Source: an archaeon GW2011_AR15 (lineage in GTDB: Archaea; Nanobdellota; Nanobdellia; Woesearchaeales; GW2011-AR15). Taken from it: a stretch of 64,000 nt of DNA. Under the pieces are notes generated by a model. The model was not told the origin of the DNA and did not search any database. It saw only the letters and a list, made by a program, of their open reading frames with translations. Where the stretch lies: the NCBI GenBank assembly GCA_000830295.1, contig CP010425.1, positions 704,001 to 768,000 of the forward strand, in the 5' to 3' direction. Every line of letters begins with the position of its first letter. Position 1 is the stretch's first letter. Positions 1 to 9,238 of this stretch are shown here, piece by piece. A program made the position numbers and the translations under genes.

Positions 1-634
1 GCTCATCAGCAGACATTTTCTTCACCAATGATTTCGGGTCATCCCTGTTTTCCAAAAAGCCGGGGGCTTCTATTAATTGTATGACAGTATCTGCTTTCAT
101 AGTGTCCTTCAGCACATTTACTATGTCATCATTCTCTGAGTTTATGGCAAAATTATTCTCGTCAATTATTGGTATGCATAAGACCGGGGTATAGCCGTTT
201 TCCAGCAGCAGGTCCAATAGCTCTTTGTTTATCTCCTTTGGCTTGCCGGAGAAATCCCTTACAATTTTCTGCTTTGAGCCTTCTTTTATCCTTATGCCTG
301 TGTTTCTTTTTCCCCTTATCAGCCTGCCGTCAATCCCTGAAAGCCCGACAGCATTGACTCCGTGCTGCTGGAATATCTCAACAATCCTCTTGTTTCTTAA
401 GCCTGAGTAAGCCATCATTATGCTGTCAATTGCACCCCCATCTGAATAGACACTGGAATATCCAGAAACAGACTTAAGCACTTTCTTTTCTTTTCCAAGC
501 TCTTTCATCAGCTGATCGCGGTGGTAATTGGCGCCGTGGACAACAATGACCTTTTCTTTAAGTCCTGCAATATCTTCTGCAACTCCATCTACATTAATGT
601 CCTTCCCTCCGCCGATTTTTATTATCATAACCAT
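1..634 (-). CDS. lysZ: [LysW]-aminoadipate/glutamate kinase (ArgB-like), 3' end runs off the window
   Basis: Not in the ORF track; manual translation from ATG at 634 gives MVMIIKIGGGKDINVDG..VIVVHGAN..GVNAVGLSGIDG, the amino-acid kinase family motifs; lies in the lys operon. Confidence 0.88.
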   Translation of the reverse strand, partial: MVMIIKIGGGKDINVDGVAEDIAGLKEKVIVVHGANYHRDQLMKELGKEKKVLKSVSGYSSVYSDGGAIDSIMMAYSGLRNKRIVEIFQQHGVNAVGLSGIDGRLIRGKRNTGIRIKEGSKQKIVRDFSGKPKEINKELLDLLLENGYTPVLCIPIIDENNFAINSENDDIVNVLKDTMKADTVIQLIEAPGFLENRDDPKSLVKKMSADE

Positions 635-637
635 TTT

Positions 638-1276
638 CTACCACACCAGTATTGCATTATTCGGCACATTGCTCCAGTCAGTCTCTCCGGGATACGGGTC
701 TGAGCACACGAGCAGGTCATGGCCTGTTTCCTTGTAGTGCATTGTGTAATACTCCTTGTCTTCCTCGAATGTCGTGTTCAGGTAGACATTCTCTTTTGTT
801 GCGACAATTATATTCATGCCCCTTATGTGCCTGCTCTTCTTCTTTATCAGGGAGACGCCCTTTACAAATGCCTGGATTGTATCGCCGTTGTCAAACCTTT
901 TGAAGAAGTTGAAAATCTTCTCAGCGCCTATCCTCCCTTCCTCTTTTATCCTCACTCCCTGCAGCTCTCCGTTGAATATGAAAACATACTTCGGGTCGTG
1001 GAAAGGCATGTTGTTTTCTATGAAAATCCCCTCGTCCTTGAAAGCGCTCCTTGCATGGGCTACAAGCATCTTTGTCTTCCCGAACTGCGAGAGGTCATCT
1101 TTCCAGACAGGGTTGATGTTCTTGTAGTGCTTCCATTCATTTTTTTCATCAAGGTATGAGCAGCCCCAGCCGTGCCCCTGGTATTCTTTGCTGTTTTTTG
1201 AAATGGCTGCGAAATTCTTAAGATGGGTCTCAATATCAAACACATTCTCTGATTTCACTAAAAGCAATCTGCACAT
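638..1276 (-). CDS. Class II glutamine amidotransferase-like Ntn hydrolase (YafJ/EgtC/Dug3 type)
   Basis: Likely start MCRLL at 1276 (Cys2 nucleophile), plus HGWG, AHARSA, NNMPF and FNG motifs. Confidence 0.82.
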   Translation of the reverse strand: MCRLLLVKSENVFDIETHLKNFAAISKNSKEYQGHGWGCSYLDEKNEWKHYKNINPVWKDDLSQFGKTKMLVAHARSAFKDEGIFIENNMPFHDPKYVFIFNGELQGVRIKEEGRIGAEKIFNFFKRFDNGDTIQAFVKGVSLIKKKSRHIRGMNIIVATKENVYLNTTFEEDKEYYTMHYKETGHDLLVCSDPYPGETDWSNVPNNAILVW

Positions 1277-1286
1277 TTCAGCCTCT

Positions 1287-2324
1287 TTATACAGGATGCA
1301 ATCCAGGGAATTCAAGCCCTGCTGTCTCAGGGAGCCCGAACATTATATTCATGCACTGGACTGCCTGGCCTGCTGCCCCTTTCATCAGGTTGTCTATCGC
1401 GCTCATGACAACCAGCCTGTTGGAGCCTTCATCAATCTCAAAACCTATGTCGCAGTAATTTGTCCCCCAGAGTATTTTTGGCTCAGGATACCTGTAGATA
1501 CCTGTCTTTTCCTTTACAATCCTTATGAAAGGCTCATCTCCGTATTCCTTCCTGTAAATCTTCCAGATGTCCTTGTCCTGCAGCTTTTCTTTCAGGAAGA
1601 CATGGCCTGTCATCAGGATTCCCCTCACTAAGTCTGTGCTTGTTGCGCTGAATCCGAAATATCCGGTGTTAAGCTCCTGCATTATCTCGGCCATGTGCCT
1701 GTGGCCTGTCGGCCTGTAGCTTCTAAGCACGTCTTTTCTTTCAGGGTGGTGGCTTCCGGGATTCTCCTTATTGCCTGCTTCAGATGAGCCGCCTTTTACC
1801 TCGACAACTGTTTTTGCTGCATCAATTAAATTATTCTTGTATAACGGGTAAAGTCCGAGTATTGTTGCAGTCGCATTGCATCCTGCGGCAGCCACATAAT
1901 CTGCTTTCTTTATCTCTTCCCTGTGAAGCTCAGGGATTCCGTATACAAATTTCTTCAAAAGCTCTGGCCTGGGATGGTCAAACTCATACCATTTTTTGTA
2001 ATCCTCTTTATTCCTCAGCCTGAAATCGCTTCCCTTGTCAATGACTTTCTTTGCCTTTGACATTATGAAGTCTATTCTCTCAGAGCTTACCTTGTGAGGA
2101 AGCCCTACAAATATTACGTCAACATTTTCAAGCTCTTTCATGCTGCTGAATTTCAGCATTGTCTTTCCCCTTAAATTGGGATGGACCTGATGCACGAACT
2201 TTCCTGCATTGCTTTCTGATGTTGCCTGCACTACCTCGACATTCGGATGTCCAAGCAAAAGGCGAAGTGCCTCTCCGCCCACATATCCGGACGCTCCTAC
2301 AATTGATGCCTTAATCTTTTCCAT
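1287..2324 (-). CDS. lysY: [LysW]-aminoadipyl-phosphate reductase (ArgC family)
   Basis: IVGASGYVGGE, AAAGCNAT, GSSEAG..SHHPER, IDNLMKGAAGQAVQ. Confidence 0.93.
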   Translation of the reverse strand: MEKIKASIVGASGYVGGEALRLLLGHPNVEVVQATSESNAGKFVHQVHPNLRGKTMLKFSSMKELENVDVIFVGLPHKVSSERIDFIMSKAKKVIDKGSDFRLRNKEDYKKWYEFDHPRPELLKKFVYGIPELHREEIKKADYVAAAGCNATATILGLYPLYKNNLIDAAKTVVEVKGGSSEAGNKENPGSHHPERKDVLRSYRPTGHRHMAEIMQELNTGYFGFSATSTDLVRGILMTGHVFLKEKLQDKDIWKIYRKEYGDEPFIRIVKEKTGIYRYPEPKILWGTNYCDIGFEIDEGSNRLVVMSAIDNLMKGAAGQAVQCMNIMFGLPETAGLEFPGLHPV

Positions 2325-3159
2325 TCTTTGCCACCTTCAAAACATAATCAATCATCTTCTCTGGAATATTGACTCCGGTAGCTGTAATTGAATTCCTGAA
2401 TTCCATTGTGTGGTTTACTTCATTTACAACCAAGCCTTTCTTTGTCTCAAAAAGGTCAATCGCAAGTATCCCTCCTCCGACTGCCTTTGCTGCCTTCCTG
2501 CATATCTCATCAAGCTCTTTTGTAACAGGGCAGTTGCTTGCTTTTCCCCCTCTTGCTGTGTTGGTTATCCAGTGCTCTGAGCTCCTGTAGATTGCGCAGA
2601 TTGTTTTTCCGTCAACAACAAAAGCCCTTATATCCCTGCCCGGCTTTTCCACATATTCCTGTATGTAGAATACTGAATGCTGGACTCCGCCAAGCACTTT
2701 CTTGTGCTCTATCACGGCCTCTGCTGAGTGCCTGTCTGTTATCTTTGAGACAAGCCTTGCCCAGCTTCCGACAACCGGCTTTATCACGCATGGGTAGCCC
2801 ATCTTCTCAACTGCCTCAAGCGCAGTCTCAGGGGTGAATGCCATAATTACTTTTGGAGTCGGAATCTTGTTCTCTGTTAGTATCCTGCTGGTTACAAACT
2901 TGTCCCCGCAGTTTTCTGAAACAGCACTCCTGTTCACAACAGGAATCCCGTAGCCTTCAAAAATTTTTGAGATGTATAGTCCCCTGCTGTAGGATACGGA
3001 CCTTTCAAGTAAGACATCTATCTTAAAATTGTTTTTTGAAATGTCAAAAAATTCCGAGCCGTCATCTATCTTGACAACTTCCACATTTCTTTTTCTCAGC
3101 TCCTGAAGAAGCAATTTTTCTTCTGGCCTTATTATTGAGTAAAGGAATCCTACTTTCAT
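2311..3159 (-). CDS. lysX: Alpha-aminoadipate--LysW ligase (RimK-type ATP-grasp)
   Basis: KPVVGSWARL, QEYVEKPGRDIR, WITNTARGG, EVNHTMEFRN. Confidence 0.95.
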   Translation of the reverse strand: MKVGFLYSIIRPEEKLLLQELRKRNVEVVKIDDGSEFFDISKNNFKIDVLLERSVSYSRGLYISKIFEGYGIPVVNRSAVSENCGDKFVTSRILTENKIPTPKVIMAFTPETALEAVEKMGYPCVIKPVVGSWARLVSKITDRHSAEAVIEHKKVLGGVQHSVFYIQEYVEKPGRDIRAFVVDGKTICAIYRSSEHWITNTARGGKASNCPVTKELDEICRKAAKAVGGGILAIDLFETKKGLVVNEVNHTMEFRNSITATGVNIPEKMIDYVLKVAKNGKD

Positions 3160-4157
3160 TTTATCCTCCGTGCGACTGCATCGCCTGCCTGCTCTGTTGT
3201 CAGCTTTCCTCCTAAATCCTGTGTTACATCCCCTTCTTCAATTGCTGACATCACAGCATCCCCGACTTTTTTGGCTGCTTCATCTTCTCCCAAAAATTCA
3301 AGCATCAGCTTTGCAGCCAGTATTGCTGCAGCCGGGTTTGCTACATTCTTTCCTGCATATTTAGGCGCAGAGCCATGAACAGGCTCAAAAACTGCCTTTT
3401 CTTTTCCTATATTTCCAGAGTATGCCAGCCCCAACCCTCCGACGAGCATTGATGCCTCGTCGCTCAAAATATCCCCGAACATGTTGGTTGTCACAATGAT
3501 TTCAAACTGGCCGGGGTTTTTTATGAGCTGCATTGCGCAGGCATCCACAAGCATCTCCTGCATCTCAATAGCCGGATATTCTTTGGCTATCTCCAGGGCA
3601 ACTTTCCTGAACAGCCCGCATGTCTCCCTCAGCACATTTGCCTTGTGGACAACAGTGACTTTCCTGAGGTTTTTTTCTCTGGCAAGCTCAAACGCATACC
3701 TGATAATCCTTTCACTTCCCTTTCTTGTGATGATCATCTCTGTTACTGCTTTGTTGCCGTTATCCTCTACACGCTCAACTCCTGAATAAAGGTCCTCTGT
3801 GTTCTCTCTGACAATATACATGCTTATCCCCTTCTGCGAAATCTCATGCGGGAAGGACCTGCACGGCCTCAGGTTGGCGTAGAGGTCAAAGTGTTGCCTC
3901 AGCCTTAAAATTGCTGAGGAGTAATTTTCGATATTCGGCGGGGTTGTCACAGCTCCGAACAGCGTTGCGTCTGCCTTCTCAACTTTCTTGATTGTTTCTT
4001 CAGGCAGGGCATCGCCTTTTTTCAGGTAGCAGCCGTATCCTATTTCCCCGTAGGTGAATTCAAGCTCAAGAGGCAGGGCTTTCAGTACCTTTACTGCCTG
4101 CTCAACAACTTCAGGCCCTATTCCGTCTCCCGGCAGAACGCAGATTCTGTATTTCAT
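3156..4157 (-). CDS. Homoisocitrate dehydrogenase (isocitrate/isopropylmalate dehydrogenase family)
   Basis: PGDGIGPEV, RENTEDLYSG, NMFGDILSD, FEPVHGSAP; specificity inferred from operon context. Confidence 0.88.
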   Translation of the reverse strand: MKYRICVLPGDGIGPEVVEQAVKVLKALPLELEFTYGEIGYGCYLKKGDALPEETIKKVEKADATLFGAVTTPPNIENYSSAILRLRQHFDLYANLRPCRSFPHEISQKGISMYIVRENTEDLYSGVERVEDNGNKAVTEMIITRKGSERIIRYAFELAREKNLRKVTVVHKANVLRETCGLFRKVALEIAKEYPAIEMQEMLVDACAMQLIKNPGQFEIIVTTNMFGDILSDEASMLVGGLGLAYSGNIGKEKAVFEPVHGSAPKYAGKNVANPAAAILAAKLMLEFLGEDEAAKKVGDAVMSAIEEGDVTQDLGGKLTTEQAGDAVARRIK

Positions 4158-4645
4158 TGCAGCTCCTCTATATTGTGGCTCTTCAGGAAATTCACAATGC
4201 CTCCTGCGTTCACTATCTTCAGCACGAATTCAGGAAGCGGCTTTGCCTGGAATTCTTTCCCGTTTGTTATGTTTCTTATTATCCCTGTTTCAAGATTGAC
4301 ATCAAACTCATCCCCTTCTTGAACATCATCATAGACATCGCATTCAAGTATTGGCAGGCCTATGTTGATGGCATTCCTGAAAAATATCCTTGCATATGAT
4401 TTTGCGATTATGCACTTTGCCCCAGAGCCCTTTATTGCAATGGGCGCGTGCTCCCTTGATGAGCCGCAGCCGAAATTATCCCCTGCAACAATCACATCTC
4501 CCGGGTTTACAGTCTTTGCATAATCCGGCTTTACCTCGCAGAACACATTTTTTGCCAGCTCTTTTTCGTCTATTGTGATGTTGTATCTCGCAGGTATGAT
4601 TACATCAGTGTTCACGTTGTGCCCGAATTTCCAGACTTTGCCCAT
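4154..4645 (-). CDS. hacB: Homoaconitase small subunit (LeuD family)
   Basis: NVNTDVIIPARY, AGDNFGCGSSREHA, SYARIFFRNAINIG. Confidence 0.88.
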   Translation of the reverse strand: MGKVWKFGHNVNTDVIIPARYNITIDEKELAKNVFCEVKPDYAKTVNPGDVIVAGDNFGCGSSREHAPIAIKGSGAKCIIAKSYARIFFRNAINIGLPILECDVYDDVQEGDEFDVNLETGIIRNITNGKEFQAKPLPEFVLKIVNAGGIVNFLKSHNIEELQ

Positions 4646-4646
4646 T

Positions 4647-5900
4647 TTATGCCCTCATGTATTTCCTTGGATCAGTTATCTTTCCTTCTATTGCCGTTGC
4701 AGCAGCTGCAGCAGGGCTTCCCAGATATATCTCAGCCTCTGCGCTTCCCATCCTGCCCACGAAATTCCTGTTCATTGTTGTGAATGCCTTTTCTCCCGGC
4801 GCCAATAATCCTGCGTGCCTGCCGATGCATGCCCCGCACCCGGTTACTCCGATTGTGACGCCGGCATCCTGCAGGATTTTTACAAGCCCTTTGTCTATCA
4901 TTTTCTGCAGCACATTCCTGCTTGCAGGATTTACCAGTACCCTTGTGAACCTGCTGACTTTCTTTCCTTTGATTATGTCTGCAAATATCTCGATGTCCTC
5001 ATACCTCCCGTTTGTGCATGTTCCGAGGAAAACCTCATCAATCGGAAGCCCCTCGACATCCTTCAGAGGCCTTGCATTATCAACATCGGGATGGCATGCA
5101 ACCTGGGGCTCTATCTCATCAACATTGATTTCTATCTCCCTCTCGTACCTTGGGTTTACAGGCACTATTTTTTCAAACGGTCCTTCTGCCTTTGTCTCAT
5201 TCTCCAGGAATTTTATTGTTGTGTCGTCTACCGCTATCAGCCCGCATTTTGCCCCGATTTCAGTTGACATGTTCGGGAAGATTATCCTTTCGTGCATAGG
5301 CAGCCTGTCAATGTATTCCCCTGAAAACTCAACGCTCTTGTATGTTGCGCCGTCCATCCCAAGCTTTCCGGCAACGTAGATCATGACATCCTTTGCATAG
5401 CTGCCCGGCAGGTTTTTTCCTGTCAGCTTTATGTGTATTGTCTCAGGGACCCTGAACCATGTCTTCCCTGATATCCATGCCACTCCGATCTCTGTTGAGC
5501 CGAAGCCGACCCCGAAGCAGCCGAAAGCCCCGTAGGTATTGCTGTGGCTGTCTCCTCCGATGATGATTTTCCCAGGAGTCACGAAGCCCTCTTCAATCAT
5601 GACCTGGTGGCAGATTCCCTGGTGGTAGAAATTCTTTATACTCTGCTCTTTCATGAAATCAACTATTTTCTTCTGGGTCTCGGCAGCCAGCACATTTGGG
5701 GCAGGATATGCATGGTCAAAATGGATGACAACCCTGTCCTTGTCCATGATCGGCTTCCCTATATCCCTGAACGCCTTTATTGCCAATGGTGAGGTGTTGT
5801 CATGCGTCATCATGTAATCTACATCTACCATGACTATCTCGCCTGCCTTTACAGGCCTTCCGAGCTTCCTTGAAAAAATTTCTTCTACAAGCGTTCCCAT
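4647..5900 (-). CDS. hacA: Homoaconitase large subunit (LeuC family)
   Basis: DHAYP, GICHQV, GDSHS, GTCTNGR, GCGACIG, TMNRNFVGRMG. Confidence 0.88.
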   Translation of the reverse strand: MGTLVEEIFSRKLGRPVKAGEIVMVDVDYMMTHDNTSPLAIKAFRDIGKPIMDKDRVVIHFDHAYPAPNVLAAETQKKIVDFMKEQSIKNFYHQGICHQVMIEEGFVTPGKIIIGGDSHSNTYGAFGCFGVGFGSTEIGVAWISGKTWFRVPETIHIKLTGKNLPGSYAKDVMIYVAGKLGMDGATYKSVEFSGEYIDRLPMHERIIFPNMSTEIGAKCGLIAVDDTTIKFLENETKAEGPFEKIVPVNPRYEREIEINVDEIEPQVACHPDVDNARPLKDVEGLPIDEVFLGTCTNGRYEDIEIFADIIKGKKVSRFTRVLVNPASRNVLQKMIDKGLVKILQDAGVTIGVTGCGACIGRHAGLLAPGEKAFTTMNRNFVGRMGSAEAEIYLGSPAAAAATAIEGKITDPRKYMRA

Positions 5901-5901
5901 T

Positions 5902-7290
5902 TTATCCCTTTCCGTTTATGCCGTTATGCTTTTTCAGAACTATCTTTGTGCTGGTCTGCTTTATCCCAGGTATTGTCCTGAGCTCCTCTAGAAGGTTGTT
6001 GAGCTCCGCAGTGCTGATTACCTCGGCGTAGGCAGAGATATCATGCTCTCCTGTAATCTCAAAGACGCTCTGTATGTACTTGAAATTCTTTAAGTGCCTG
6101 ACAACAGAAGTCGTATACACATCTGTCTCGACCGATATCAGGATAAGCGCATTTATGTTTTTTGGTATCACTTCATTTGTCTTGCCTGTTACTCTTTCAG
6201 CTATCTCGAGTATGTCTGAATCATGGAGAATCTTCCTCTCGTCCCCGATATGCTTTATTTCCGCTACAATAAGCTTCAGCTCGTCATCGCTTACTTTTAT
6301 GCTGTAGTCGTCAAGCTTTGACTGCACTGCCCTTTTTCCTGTGTACTTGTCAACAATGATTTTCCTTTCCCTTCCTATCAGTGCAGGGTCGAATGCCTCG
6401 TATGTCTTCGGGTTCTTCAGGACCCCGTCAGTGTGCACTCCAGACTTGTGCGAGAATGCGTTCTGGCCTGTTATAGGCTTGTTGGGAGCTATGAAAAACC
6501 CTGAAACTTTTTCCACATATGATGACAGCCCCGGGAGATACCTGATTTTGTATCTTGTTTTTTTCTCAAGTATGTGATACGACATTATGACTTCTGAAAT
6601 ATCAGGAACGCCTGTCCTTTCACCGAGCCCGTTCACGGTCACGTGGATGCAGTTTGCCCCTGCCCTTATCCCTGCCATTGCGTTTGCCAATGCCAGCCCA
6701 AAATCATTGTGGCAGTGGACATCCAGCTCGCAAGGGAACAAGGAATCCTTAAGCTCCTTCACCTGGTTGTAAAATAAATGCGGCTGCATTATCCCGAGAG
6801 TGTCTGCAACGCTTATCCTGTCAGCTCCTGCCTTTATTGCAGTGTTGCATGCTTTTGCAAGGAAATTTAATTCTGTCCTTGTAGCATCCTCAGGCGTGAA
6901 CCTGACCTTCATGCCTTTTTTTCTTGCATAGGCGACATGCTCTTTTATTATCTGCAGAGCTTCTTTTCTTGTCTTTTTTACTTTTGTCTGCAGGTGGATA
7001 TCTGAGGTCGGGTATAATATCACTATCCTGTCAACCCCGCATTCCTTTGCCTTGTCAATGCCTGCTTTTGTTGCAAGCGAATGCGCCAGTATCTCAGCCT
7101 TCAGGCCAAGGGAAGCTATCTTTTTTATTGCCTCATAGACTTTCGGGGAGACGCAGGGGTCGCCCGCCTCTATCATGTCCACCCCGATTTTATCGAGAAG
7201 CCTGGCTATCTCTACTTTTTCATCAACTGTAAAATTTACGTACGGGGTCTGCTCCCCGTCCCTTAAAGTAGTATCAAGAATCCTGAGCAT
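5902..7290 (-). CDS. Homocitrate synthase with C-terminal Lrp/AsnC-type (RAM) regulatory domain
   Basis: DTTLRDGEQT, HCHNDFG, GLGERTG, HKSGVH; tail VFEITGEHDI..IPGIKQTST is RAM-like. Confidence 0.88.
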   Translation of the reverse strand: MLRILDTTLRDGEQTPYVNFTVDEKVEIARLLDKIGVDMIEAGDPCVSPKVYEAIKKIASLGLKAEILAHSLATKAGIDKAKECGVDRIVILYPTSDIHLQTKVKKTRKEALQIIKEHVAYARKKGMKVRFTPEDATRTELNFLAKACNTAIKAGADRISVADTLGIMQPHLFYNQVKELKDSLFPCELDVHCHNDFGLALANAMAGIRAGANCIHVTVNGLGERTGVPDISEVIMSYHILEKKTRYKIRYLPGLSSYVEKVSGFFIAPNKPITGQNAFSHKSGVHTDGVLKNPKTYEAFDPALIGRERKIIVDKYTGKRAVQSKLDDYSIKVSDDELKLIVAEIKHIGDERKILHDSDILEIAERVTGKTNEVIPKNINALILISVETDVYTTSVVRHLKNFKYIQSVFEITGEHDISAYAEVISTAELNNLLEELRTIPGIKQTSTKIVLKKHNGINGKG

Positions 7291-7455
7291 CTACTCTCCC
7301 CAGTCTTCCTCTTCCTCGGGTGCAAGAACAAGCGCAACAGGATCAACAGATGCCACCTCTAAATCTGCTCCGCAGTCAGGGCAGGTAAGTATCTCCCCTT
7401 CTTCAACATCACTCGCGGTCTGCACATCTGCACCGCACTCAATACATTCAGCCAT
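7291..7455 (-). CDS. lysW: Amino-group carrier protein LysW
   Basis: MAECIECG..CPDCG..EEDWGE C-terminal signature; start moved to MAEC at 7455. Confidence 0.97.
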   Translation of the reverse strand: MAECIECGADVQTASDVEEGEILTCPDCGADLEVASVDPVALVLAPEEEEDWGE

Positions 7456-7553
7456 TTTTACATTCTCCCTCCTATGTTTTTTCATATCGAAACATTTATA
7501 TAATATATTAACATGTTGTTATAAAATTAACATATTTCAAGGAGGAAAGTTAT

Positions 7554-8216
7554 ATGAATATTTCATACATGACGAAGAAAATACTGCAGGAGAGGCCGTT
7601 TATCCATGAGGCCCTTGAGAAAGATCTGGTCAATGTGGTTGCCCTGGCCGAGCTCATAAAGCCGGATATAGAGAAGGAGATCGGGGAAGTAAAGACTTCT
7701 GCAATCTCCATGGCAATAAGGAGATACATGGAAAAGGAGAAGAGCGCATTCTACAATAAGGTTACTTTAACCAAAAAGTCTGATCTGCTGATAAAGTCTA
7801 ATCTGTTTGAGCTGTCTGTGCTGAAATCAGCCGCCATATATAAAAAACTGATACAGCTCTACAACATAGTCAATTTTGATGTGGGCGACACGCTGAATAT
7901 AATACACGGCAATTATGAGATACTTATTGTGAGCAATGACAAGTACAAGGAGAAATTCCTTGAAGTCCTGCACGAGGAGAGCGTGAAATCAGTCAAGGAG
8001 AACATGGCTTCGATTTCAATCAAGATCCCCAAGGAATTCATTGACAAGCCGGGGTTCTATTATGCCATTGCGAAAATCCTTACAATGCAGAACATCTCAA
8101 TTGCCGACATAGTCAACACAGAGACAGAAGCCACATTCGTGGTTGAGGACCGCTTTGTTTCCAAAGCCTACAATGCGCTGAAGCAGGAGATGAGCGTGGA
8201 GTATTATAAGAAATGA
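7554..8216 (+). CDS. ACT-domain protein with N-terminal helical domain, probable amino-acid-responsive regulator
   Basis: C-terminal ACT-like PGFYY..L...NISI.DIVNT.TE.TFVV; divergent from lysW. Confidence 0.65.
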   Translation: MNISYMTKKILQERPFIHEALEKDLVNVVALAELIKPDIEKEIGEVKTSAISMAIRRYMEKEKSAFYNKVTLTKKSDLLIKSNLFELSVLKSAAIYKKLIQLYNIVNFDVGDTLNIIHGNYEILIVSNDKYKEKFLEVLHEESVKSVKENMASISIKIPKEFIDKPGFYYAIAKILTMQNISIADIVNTETEATFVVEDRFVSKAYNALKQEMSVEYYKK

Positions 8217-8224
8217 ATACTTAT

Positions 8225-8950
8225 TTATTTCATATTATCTATTAAATCTTTGAGAGTAAATGCATTAAATATTATACTAAATGCAACCTGTATAATAAAC
8301 AAACTTTTTAGTTCATTACCAATAAAGTAAATGCCACCTAAATCAGCAGAATATTGAACTAAAAAAGTGAAATATACATAATCCCATAATGAAGAGATAG
8401 TGACACCAACAGGTGTAATGAAATCATTATTAGGAAACACATCAATAATATTATAGCTATAGGCAAATAGTAGAATTATAGAGAAAGATAAGAGTAAATA
8501 TGAACTAAGTAACACAATAAAACCTCTTTTAGCTTTTTTTGCTAAAAAAACATTTCTAAAGCCATATAGGATTATCCCTAAGAGTATTATGGCAGGTATA
8601 AATACAAGCAGTGAAACTGCAATTATAATTTCATTTGAAATAGCAGCTAAATAAGTTATTTCCAATAGTATTAAAAGACCAATAATAAAGAAATTATATG
8701 CTTTTGAAAAGAGATAGGATTCCCTCTTTGATGTTATTTTTATTGTGTAAATCCAATATGTTATGATTAGAGGGATAAAACTAAGAGCTTTCCAAAACTT
8801 TCCTAAATCTTTGGACCAAATAAGCCAAAAAGCAAATATACTTATGGCAAGAATTCCAAATTCTTTATTCCAAAATTCTTTTTTTAGCCCAATAAAAAAC
8901 ATATTAGCTCTCACTTTTTCCCAAAAAGATTTCTTTTTTTTCTTCGCCAT
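8225..8950 (-). CDS. Multi-pass membrane protein with a degenerate ion-channel pore-like C-terminus
   Basis: About six hydrophobic segments; WDYVYFTFLVQYSADLGGI resembles a pore helix and loop. Confidence 0.5.
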   Translation of the reverse strand: MAKKKKKSFWEKVRANMFFIGLKKEFWNKEFGILAISIFAFWLIWSKDLGKFWKALSFIPLIITYWIYTIKITSKRESYLFSKAYNFFIIGLLILLEITYLAAISNEIIIAVSLLVFIPAIILLGIILYGFRNVFLAKKAKRGFIVLLSSYLLLSFSIILLFAYSYNIIDVFPNNDFITPVGVTISSLWDYVYFTFLVQYSADLGGIYFIGNELKSLFIIQVAFSIIFNAFTLKDLIDNMK

Positions 8951-8975
8951 GTTTATTTATTATATAACTGTGTCC

Positions 8976-9236
8976 TTAACACATTTGCCACTTTTTTTCC
9001 TGACTCTGACTTAATTTCTGGAATCCTGATTTCTCCCCGGGCATTAGAGTAAGTTTTTTTGGAGGGTCTATTGGAGATTCAGATTCTATAATCTCTTGTG
9101 CCTTCCTTATATGTCTTTCCTCGTCTTCTACAACTTCAGTAATTACAAGTTTGTAGCCGCATTCACCACAAAACCTAGATTTTTCCTTTGTTTTCTCTCC
9201 GCATTCAGGACAATATTTTGGCTTTTTCTTTCCCAT
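8976..9236 (-). CDS. Double zinc-ribbon protein
   Basis: YCPECG..FCGECG. Confidence 0.65.
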   Translation of the reverse strand: MGKKKPKYCPECGEKTKEKSRFCGECGYKLVITEVVEDEERHIRKAQEIIESESPIDPPKKLTLMPGEKSGFQKLSQSQEKKWQMC

Positions 9237-9238
9237 AT

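Noticed and set aside
4657-5379. Long + strand ORFs opposite the lys operon, and similar shadow ORFs elsewhere (30068-30661, 58202-58717)
   Set aside because: Antisense shadows of well-supported genes, with no recognisable motifs
3156-7290. Leucine biosynthesis (leuABCD) assignment
   Set aside because: Same enzyme families, but the genes are bracketed by lysW and lysXYZ and the synthase lacks the LeuA regulatory domain; dual specificity is not excluded
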